DNA of 36,843 nucleotides from an uncultured Anaerolinea sp. (GTDB lineage: Bacteria; Chloroflexota; Anaerolineae; Anaerolineales; Villigracilaceae). Both the position numbers and the translations under genes were made by a program. The notes below the pieces were generated by a model. It was not told where the DNA came from, searched no databases, and saw only the letters and a program-made list of their open reading frames with translations. Shown here piece after piece: positions 29,136 to 35,793 of the stretch. The stretch is taken from assembly GCA_964547115.1 (NCBI GenBank), contig CAZJMZ010000001.1:1-36843 (forward strand). The letters run 5' to 3'. Every line of letters starts with the position of its first letter. The stretch's first letter is position 1.

Positions 29136-31043
29136 TTAAGGCTTGTCGTCCAGTGACAGTTCGATGGTGGCGCTGGAAGCGTCGAGACGGCGCCCCAGTT
29201 CTTTGACGGCAGTTTGCAGCACAGCGTCGATGGTGGTGGATGCCCAGATCCGGGAGTTGATCTCGGCGAGCATACGTTCGCGGACAGCGATCTGGCGACT
29301 CTCGCTGACGAGACGCGCGTTTTCAAGGGCGATCGCCGCCTGTGTGGCAACGGCATCCACAAGGTTCTTTTGGTCGCCGCTCCAATCGCTGCCGCTTTCG
29401 AGAGTGATCTGACCGATCACTTGATCACGCAGGCTGATGGGGGTGTCGATCTTTTGGTTGAGCGTTTCGTTGCTTTCGCCGATGCCATATTCGAGTTCGT
29501 CCTGCCGCATGGAGATGGAACTCCAGCCTTCGAGCAGGTATTGTTGCTGGATGGCTCGCATTTCTTTGATACGCTGTTGTGCCTCTTGGAAGAGGCGGGC
29601 GTTTTCCATGGCAATGGCGATCTGCCCGGCCATATTTTGCATGGTTTCGATGACTGCCAAACCGAAATCGGCGGCGCGGGTGGATTGGACATTGAGAGCG
29701 CCTACAACGCGTTCACCGGCGATGAGGGGCATGGCCACCTCTGAGCGTGTGTATGGCAGGAGCGGGTTTTCAACGCGCTGGCGTTCCTCGGATGTGTTTT
29801 GTGAGATGCGCGGCGATCGATCGCGTATGCAGCCAGCCACCATGCTTTTGCCGGTGATCTCGAGACGGTGGCGGTTTTGCATGAGCACCTTCCCGGCTTC
29901 ACCGGTGGCTTCTTTCAGTTCGGCCCACTTTTCGCCCGGCGCCAAGAGGTAGATCGCAGCGTAGTAGTAATCGAATTGTTCGGTAAAAAGCGTGATGACC
30001 CGTTTGAGCAGGTCATCAGGGTCAAGGATGGAGGAGGATGCTTTTGCCATTTCATTGGTGGCTCTAAGCAGGCGCGTTCGTTCCTCCACTTGTTTGCCGA
30101 GCGAGGTTTGTAGCTCTTCAAGACGGGCGACCATGCGGTTGAAATGCATGGTGACTTCGGCGATCTCGTCGGTGGCGGTGATCTTTGCGCGTTGCGAGAG
30201 GTCGCCGTCTTCAACGGCTTTGAAGACCGCGATGAGGTCGCGGAGCGGGTCAGAGACGGTGCGCGAGATGAAATACGTGAGGATGGCGCCGAGCACCAGG
30301 GCCAGCAGGCTGACGATGATCGACTCGACCTGAAATGCCTGGCGCAGGGATTGGTTTTCAGGTCGCAGGCTTTGAGTCATGTAATGGAAACCGACCGGCC
30401 CAACCATCAGGATGCCGATCACGACTAGTACAAGGATCAACACCTGGAATTTAGCGGTCAGCCCTGCACCGGCCATGCCTGATAACTGGGTTTCGAAGTC
30501 TTTGGGAACCAATGCCAGGCGTGCCGGTTTGAGCAGGTGATCGATGACCAACACAGCGATGATGATAATCGCCAGCACGGAAACCATGCCGCCGAGGAGC
30601 GAGTAGACGAACTGGTCGAAGGTTGTGAAACCGCGCAAGTAGAAATACACGGAAGTTGGAAGGATATCAACTACATAAGCGACCACCATGGCTACGAGAC
30701 CATATCGCCAGGTCAGCGCGGTGATCTCCTTCCAGGCGGCAAGTTCTTCCTTGGTGTCGGCAGTGGCGATATTGTACGCCCAGTTGTTCAGGCGATTGCG
30801 GGCATTGGGCGTGAGCACCCAGGCCACATAGAGCAAAATGGCGTTACCCAGCAGGATCAAGAAAGGTGTCGGCGCAGAGATCCGTTGCATGGTCTCTGCA
30901 TCGAAACGGGCATTGAAGTTGATCGAGACAGTGCCCAAGATTGCGCCGGGAACGGCAGTGAGTTGCGCCACGGCGATGACCAGCAGGATGTACAGGCCGC
31001 CCAGACGCGGCAAATACGAGGTGACCGAGTACCAGCGTTTCAT
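29136..31043 (-). CDS. Membrane receptor 1: about 6 TM, HAMP, divergent GAF, split-GAF tail
   Basis: Multiple TMs; HAMP DPLRDL..GDLSQRA..DEIAEVTMHFNRM; GAF YYYAAIYLL..EATGEAG..NPLLPYTRSE. Confidence 0.87.
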   Translation of the reverse strand: MKRWYSVTSYLPRLGGLYILLVIAVAQLTAVPGAILGTVSINFNARFDAETMQRISAPTPFLILLGNAILLYVAWVLTPNARNRLNNWAYNIATADTKEELAAWKEITALTWRYGLVAMVVAYVVDILPTSVYFYLRGFTTFDQFVYSLLGGMVSVLAIIIIAVLVIDHLLKPARLALVPKDFETQLSGMAGAGLTAKFQVLILVLVVIGILMVGPVGFHYMTQSLRPENQSLRQAFQVESIIVSLLALVLGAILTYFISRTVSDPLRDLIAVFKAVEDGDLSQRAKITATDEIAEVTMHFNRMVARLEELQTSLGKQVEERTRLLRATNEMAKASSSILDPDDLLKRVITLFTEQFDYYYAAIYLLAPGEKWAELKEATGEAGKVLMQNRHRLEITGKSMVAGCIRDRSPRISQNTSEERQRVENPLLPYTRSEVAMPLIAGERVVGALNVQSTRAADFGLAVIETMQNMAGQIAIAMENARLFQEAQQRIKEMRAIQQQYLLEGWSSISMRQDELEYGIGESNETLNQKIDTPISLRDQVIGQITLESGSDWSGDQKNLVDAVATQAAIALENARLVSESRQIAVRERMLAEINSRIWASTTIDAVLQTAVKELGRRLDASSATIELSLDDKP

Positions 31044-33148
31044 GCAGAAACCTTCTTTTCACCGGCGTTATTGTTGATGCCGACCTTGATGTGAGCGCGA
31101 TTGGCGCCGAGGGCGCGAGTCAGTTCACTGACCGTGGTGGTCAGAATGGTTTGCATGTCCGTGGTGCGACGGATCTTATCCGTGATTTCGAACAGGATGC
31201 GTTCGCGGTCTGCCTGGGTGCGGATCTGTTCGAGCAGGCGGGCGTTGGCAATAATGGCGGCGAGACTGCCGCCCAAGGTGCCAAGCAACTCTTCGTCAGT
31301 TTCGGTGTAAGCGCCGATCTGCTCGCTTTCCACGTTGAGTACACCGAGCAACTCACTACGATACACCAGTGGCACGGCCATTTCAGAGCGGGTGTTGATG
31401 CTACTGGAAATGTAGCGGGGGTCTTCCAGAACATTGTTGACACGCAATGAACGGCGATGAGCAGCTGACCAGCCGGTAATGCCGCTGCCTACCGGAACCC
31501 GCATCTCATAGACATCTTCGGGAAACCCGACTGCAGCGCGAACCTGCAAAAATCTTTTTTCACGGTCTGCGAGCATGATGCCCACCCGGTCGCCGCCGAG
31601 GGTGACTTGCAGGCCGTTGACCGCCGATTGCAAAGCTTCCTCCAGCGTGGTGCCGGAAGCGGCGGTGGTTGTAATGTGATGGAGGAGACGGTGCTGAGCC
31701 AGATGTTCCTGAGTCTCGGCGAACAATTCGGAGTTGATCACTGCGATCGCCAACTGGTCCGCCAGGATCTGAAGAATCTTTAGACTATCTTCTGAGAAGG
31801 CGTATGCCTGCTTGCTTTGCACATCCAGCACCCCCACAATGCGGTCTCCAACTTTCAATGGGATGGCTGCTTCGGCGCGCGTATCTGGCAAGAGCGGATT
31901 AGCGTAATAGGTTGCATCACGGGCTGTATCGTTGACGATCAAAGTCTCCCCGTTGCCTGCCACAAAACCCACGATTGACTTTGATCCAACGCCGAGTTTG
32001 TGTCCGGCTCGTTTCATTTGTGCACCGGCATCGCCAGTGGCCTCGCGAATAACAACGAATTCGCCGGGTACGTCCCGCAGGAACACAGCTGCATGGTAGA
32101 AGTCGAAGCGCGAACGGATTAAGTCCACAGCTTTTTTGAGCAATTCGTCCAGGTCGAGGGAGCTGCTGATATCACGAGCGATCTCGGCTGCAGTCTCGAA
32201 TTGCAAAGCAGTTTGGCGACTGTTTTCCAGCACGTTGATGTTATGGATCGCACCGGAAACCTGGTTTGCCACGGTTTTGACGAACTCCAGGTCCTGTTCA
32301 TTGAAAGCGCGTTCTTTTTCCACATCCTGCACAATGATGGCGCCGATAGCCTGTCCTTGTGCGAGGAGCGGCACACCCAGCCACGATTGGGCAGGCCTGC
32401 CGGAAATCTTGGCGCCCATGGCTGCGGCGCGCTTGGATGTGTCTTCGACCAACAGCAAGGGATCCTGGGTACGGATGAGGATGGAAGTAAGCCCTTCGCC
32501 GAGCGGGAAGGTGTCCATGGAAGTAAACCGGCCATCTTCGTATAAATACGGAATGCTGATGGAGTTGGTCTTTTCGTTGTAAAGCGCGATCAGAAAGGAG
32601 TGTTCGCCGACCACCGATCGGACCTGTTCGTGGATTGAAACGAAAAATGAACGCAGATCTTTGATCGAAGCAGCGGCCGAAAGTAGATTGCTGAGCGCCC
32701 GCGCCTCGAGCGTGTGACGATCTGTGAGAGGTTCAGTGGGAGAGGCGGTCTTGACGAGAGATGTGGACACCAGCCGGATGGTCCGGGAGAATGCATCGGT
32801 CACATCGTCATTCAGTACCTGCCCTGTGCGTGCCCCAATTAAGACAAGACCGCGCAGTCGACCGTCTTGCAAAATGGGCACATACGCGGCAGATTCACAT
32901 CCCAGTTGCTGGGGGTAACTCAGCAACGATTCTGGGATGGTGAGATCATCCCTCAGGTCTATCAACAGGGCTCCATTTTTCAGGAATGCCTCCATCTCAT
33001 CCAGCGGAAGTTCAACCCCGCGCGGGATGGTCATTTGCGCATCGCGGCCTGCCGGGTCTGAGAATTGCGTAATCTGCAGACGGTTACCACTCGCAGCAAA
33101 AAAGACGGTGACGAAAAACGGAGGGATGTCCGGGTGGATGACGCTCAT
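31040..33148 (-). CDS. Soluble multi-GAF protein with no output domain (putative adaptor/scaffold)
   Basis: 702 aa, no TM. Partial N-terminal GAF plus three full GAFs, ending in the same RERILFEITDKIR..ILTTTVSELTRALG fragment as the receptors. Confidence 0.85.
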   Translation of the reverse strand: MSVIHPDIPPFFVTVFFAASGNRLQITQFSDPAGRDAQMTIPRGVELPLDEMEAFLKNGALLIDLRDDLTIPESLLSYPQQLGCESAAYVPILQDGRLRGLVLIGARTGQVLNDDVTDAFSRTIRLVSTSLVKTASPTEPLTDRHTLEARALSNLLSAAASIKDLRSFFVSIHEQVRSVVGEHSFLIALYNEKTNSISIPYLYEDGRFTSMDTFPLGEGLTSILIRTQDPLLLVEDTSKRAAAMGAKISGRPAQSWLGVPLLAQGQAIGAIIVQDVEKERAFNEQDLEFVKTVANQVSGAIHNINVLENSRQTALQFETAAEIARDISSSLDLDELLKKAVDLIRSRFDFYHAAVFLRDVPGEFVVIREATGDAGAQMKRAGHKLGVGSKSIVGFVAGNGETLIVNDTARDATYYANPLLPDTRAEAAIPLKVGDRIVGVLDVQSKQAYAFSEDSLKILQILADQLAIAVINSELFAETQEHLAQHRLLHHITTTAASGTTLEEALQSAVNGLQVTLGGDRVGIMLADREKRFLQVRAAVGFPEDVYEMRVPVGSGITGWSAAHRRSLRVNNVLEDPRYISSSINTRSEMAVPLVYRSELLGVLNVESEQIGAYTETDEELLGTLGGSLAAIIANARLLEQIRTQADRERILFEITDKIRRTTDMQTILTTTVSELTRALGANRAHIKVGINNNAGEKKVSA

Positions 33149-33172
33149 CGATTGAAATTTAAGAAGGTTGAA

Positions 33173-33616
33173 TTAGTTATATTCCCAAACCGGTTCACCA
33201 GCCAGAATGCGGCGGATCTGGTCAGGGAAGCGATCGGGGTCGAGCGGCTTACCAAGGAACCCGTCAAAACCGGACTCTTTGGCCTTGCTCATCTGGTCGG
33301 CGCTTGCCTCGGCAGTGACAGCAATGATGGGAATCTTCTTTAGCCGTTCTGAAGCGCGGATCTTCTTCAACGCGCCATAGCCATCCTCATATGGCAGGCG
33401 GATGTCCATCAAAATAAGATCAAGCCGTTGCAGCGTATCCGCATATTCCACCACTTCATAGCCGGAGGTTTTCCATTCACAGTGAATGCCCAAATACCCC
33501 AGCATGCGCGCAATCAGTACAAAATTCGCAACATTATCTTCCACTACTAAAACGGTCGCGTCCTTTGGAATACTCGGCTTCTTGATGGGCTGGGTATCAA
33601 GAACATTATCAGACAT
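33173..33616 (-). CDS. Single-domain response regulator (REC only)
   Basis: VLVVEDN, LILMDIRLP (phospho-Asp), AVTA, GFLGKP. Confidence 0.92.
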   Translation of the reverse strand: MSDNVLDTQPIKKPSIPKDATVLVVEDNVANFVLIARMLGYLGIHCEWKTSGYEVVEYADTLQRLDLILMDIRLPYEDGYGALKKIRASERLKKIPIIAVTAEASADQMSKAKESGFDGFLGKPLDPDRFPDQIRRILAGEPVWEYN

Positions 33617-34005
33617 TAGGCACTCCTTGCCAGAAATCGCTCGACTTCCCGGATCAATTGGTCGATATCAAGAGGCTTTTGAATATAGCCGTCGCAGCCG
33701 GCTTCAAGGGTCTTTTCCTTATCGCCGCGCATCACGTTCGCGGTGAGAGCCAGGATCGGTACGCGTTCAAAGCCCGGGGTTGTTTTGATGCGGGCTGTCA
33801 AGGTGTAGCCATCCATGTCCGGCATGTTGATGTCCATGAGGATCAGATCCGGGTGGGTGGTTTCCAGAACTTTCAAGGCTTCGGTGGCGTTGACCGCTTC
33901 GATCAGGTTGTAATCTTCGGATAACAAAATGCGTCGGACAAGCGTCCGGTTATCTGGATTGTCTTCTACATATAAAATCGTACCCTTACTATCAGTTGGC
34001 ATCAT
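33616..34005 (-). CDS. Single-domain response regulator, DivK-like
   Basis: ILYVEDN, LILMDINMP, ALTANVMRGD, GCDGYIQKP. Start reassigned to the ATG at 34005, 7 nt downstream of SD GGAGGT (34013-34018). Confidence 0.92.
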   Translation of the reverse strand: MMPTDSKGTILYVEDNPDNRTLVRRILLSEDYNLIEAVNATEALKVLETTHPDLILMDINMPDMDGYTLTARIKTTPGFERVPILALTANVMRGDKEKTLEAGCDGYIQKPLDIDQLIREVERFLARSA

Positions 34006-34069
34006 CGCATAGACCTCCGACACCAATTCTAATTTTGACCACTTGGCGACCACATAACAGTCACCTTAC

Positions 34070-34112
34070 AAAAAAATGAACAAAAATGTCGAGGGTGTCT
34101 CTCCTCGACATT
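34070..34112 (-). terminator. Intrinsic terminator inside the operon's 5' leader (possible attenuator)
   Basis: Minus strand AATGTCGAGG-agagacac-CCTCGACATT followed by TTTGTTCATTTTTTT; lies between the promoter and the first gene. Confidence 0.7.
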
Positions 34113-34267
34113 GAGTGGGTGTTGGGACTCGATCCCACAGCAGGATGCCCGAGGTAACCTATTGTTGCGATTGGACCCTGATCATAGCTGGTCACAATTC
34201 TTGGCCCAAACATCAGTTATTTTTAGTACCTGATATGCCACCCTGGCAAGTACAAGATAGTGTATAG

Positions 34268-34296
34268 ATTATAAGCCAGACAGGAATCGTTGACAA
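34268..34296 (-). promoter_or_regulatory. Sigma70-type promoter of the signalling operon or leader RNA
   Basis: Minus strand TTGTCA (34296-34291), 17 nt spacer, TATAAT (34273-34268). Confidence 0.75.
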
Positions 34297-34385
34297 TATG
34301 CGGCCGAAATCGGTTCAACTTCCAAAAGCGGCCAGACCTATACATTTGTTTACCCCCGGAGATACACTCTACAAAGAGAGTATCT

Positions 34386-34589
34386 ATGCATGATGCAGGC
34401 CCGCCCCGTTTATCTCGCTTGGAAGTGGTCAGACGTCTGTTCAGACGCTTTTCACAGGATGATCTATCGCCAGCCGATAAACTATTCATACTAAAACGCA
34501 TCATCACCCGGCTGACGACCAGCCCCCTGACCGAAGACGAGACCAAAGCCCTCCTGACCCGTGTGATCCTAAAACTGAAGCGGCATTAA
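34386..34589 (+). CDS. Small basic helical hypothetical protein (67 aa), divergent from the operon
   Basis: ATG at 34386 preceded by AGAGAG; amphipathic helical pattern; stop abuts the hairpin terminator. Confidence 0.55.
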   Translation: MHDAGPPRLSRLEVVRRLFRRFSQDDLSPADKLFILKRIITRLTTSPLTEDETKALLTRVILKLKRH

Positions 34590-34626
34590 AAAAATACCGC
34601 CAAACCTTTCGATTTGACGGCTTTTC
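34588..34626 (-). terminator. Intrinsic terminator downstream of tRNA-Gly (possibly bidirectional)
   Basis: Minus strand GCCGTCAAATC-GAAA-GGTTTGGCGGT then ATTTTTTT: an 11-bp stem with G-U pairs and a GNRA loop. Confidence 0.75.
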
Positions 34627-34637
34627 ACTCAACCCAG

Positions 34638-34708
34638 AGCGGGTGGCGGGAATCGAACCCGCGTATTGTGCTTGGGAAGCACATGTTCTACCACTGAACT
34701 ACACCCGC
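34638..34708 (-). tRNA. tRNA-Gly (anticodon CCC), CCA not encoded
   Basis: GCGGGTGTAGTTCAGTGGTAGAACATGTGCTTCCCAAGCACAATACGCGGGTTCGATTCCCGCCACCCGCT forms a full cloverleaf with anticodon stem TGTGC/GCACA, loop TT-CCC-AA and T-loop TTCGATT. Confidence 0.97.
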
Positions 34709-34720
34709 GTAACGGCGCAG

Positions 34721-34749
34721 ATTATACCCGTTGGATGGATGGGAGGCAA
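34721..34749 (-). promoter_or_regulatory. Sigma70 promoter of tRNA-Gly
   Basis: TTGCCT (34749-34744), 17 nt spacer, TATAAT (34726-34721), followed by GC-rich discriminator CTGCGCC. Confidence 0.8.
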
Positions 34750-34791
34750 GCCATCCAGCGCCTTGGAAGGCTGCGCCTCAGGCTCAGCCGG

Positions 34792-35793
34792 TCACTGACT
34801 CCGATTTAACAACCGGTTCGTCAACTCGAACAACGCCTCTCCCGCCTCGCCCTGCGGATCCGCCTCGCGCAGACTGTTGATCGCCATATCCGTCATCTGA
34901 ATGGACGCTTCCTTGGCTTCGCCGTATCCGCCCTCTGCAGCGAGAACTCGCGCCAATTCTTCCACTTCTTCAGCCTGGATCGGACCTTGAGCCCAGCGTT
35001 CTGCAAACTTCCCTCGTTTTCCCAGTCCGATCAGCACTGGCAGGGAATTCTTGCCTTCCACCAGATCGCTGGCCACCGACTTGCCTGTCACGGTCTCGTC
35101 ACCCCAGATACCGAGAATATCATCCTGCACCTGGAATGCCAGCCCGAGATAATGCCCAAACGAGCGATAGACCTCCTGCTGGGCCTCGTCTGCCCCGCCC
35201 AACAGCGCACCGATCTGGCAGCAGGCTGCCAGCAAGGCGGCCGTCTTGCCCGAGATCATGGGCCAGTAGTCAGCAACGACCAGGTCACGGCGCTCTTCGT
35301 ACGACATATCGAGATATTGTCCCATCGTGAGGTCGAGACAGGTTTTGTGCAGGACCTCTGCCGCACGCATCACCACCTCGGCGGGGTAACTCGCCTTGAG
35401 GTCGATGACCGCCTGCGAAGACATCACGAACAATGCATCCCCTGCATTGATCGCCATCGGCGCACCCCATTTCACCCACGCGGTATCGCGCCCGCGGCGT
35501 TTGGGTGAATTATCCTGAATGTCATCATGTACAAGGGAAAAATTGTGGACTAATTCGATGGCAGCAGCAGCCGGGAGGGCGCGTTGCCACTCTGCACCAC
35601 AGGCTGCTGCACACAGCAATACCAGAACCGGGCGGATGCGCTTACCTGTGGCTTCCGGCCCAGCGCCTGCCCCTGTCCAACCCATGTGATAGGTCAGCAT
35701 TTCATGGAAAGGTTTTGTGCGCGGCTGGTCGAGACGTGCAACTTGCTTTTGTAGCTCTTGTTCAATCTGTGGAAGAAATGTCTTGATGTCCAT
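34792..35793 (-). CDS. Short-chain trans-polyprenyl diphosphate synthase (probably GGPP synthase)
   Basis: GKRIRP, FARM HNFSLVHDDIQD..RRG, GQYLD, KTA, SARM FQVQDDILG, SDLVEGK. Confidence 0.92.
   Translation of the reverse strand: MDIKTFLPQIEQELQKQVARLDQPRTKPFHEMLTYHMGWTGAGAGPEATGKRIRPVLVLLCAAACGAEWQRALPAAAAIELVHNFSLVHDDIQDNSPKRRGRDTAWVKWGAPMAINAGDALFVMSSQAVIDLKASYPAEVVMRAAEVLHKTCLDLTMGQYLDMSYEERRDLVVADYWPMISGKTAALLAACCQIGALLGGADEAQQEVYRSFGHYLGLAFQVQDDILGIWGDETVTGKSVASDLVEGKNSLPVLIGLGKRGKFAERWAQGPIQAEEVEELARVLAAEGGYGEAKEASIQMTDMAINSLREADPQGEAGEALFELTNRLLNRSQ

Noticed and set aside
10500-31043. Calling the receptors methyl-accepting chemotaxis proteins, with TAVEEL as methylation sites
   Set aside because: No MCP hairpin signature, the EE pairs sit in a GAF helix-2-like segment and do not fit the methylation consensus, and no cheR/cheB/cheW/cheA is present in the window.
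10500-33148. Receptors as pseudogenised or truncated histidine kinases
   Set aside because: All eleven ORFs are intact, end at the same structural position and are tightly coupled to the next gene, which indicates a selected architecture.
34006-34053. ORF-track N-terminal extension of the first REC gene (start 34053)
   Set aside because: A strong SD (GGAGGT) sits 7 nt before the ATG at 34005 and the REC fold begins right after it.
34114-34140. tRNA T-arm-like sequence TGGGATCGAGTCCCA in the leader (tRNA remnant or att site)
   Set aside because: Lacks TTC in the loop, no cloverleaf can be built, it does not match the 3' end of the nearby tRNA-Gly, and no integrase is present.
34120-34262. 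Assignment of the leader to c-di-GMP-I/II, c-di-AMP riboswitch or 6S RNA
   Set aside because: Only short fragments resemble these consensuses (GGGTCCAA, GGTTACC) and the core motifs are missing; left as an unassigned candidate.
2815-34708. Operon as a genomic island integrated at tRNA-Gly
   Set aside because: No integrase, transposase or flanking direct repeat seen, and composition looks similar to the housekeeping flanks.
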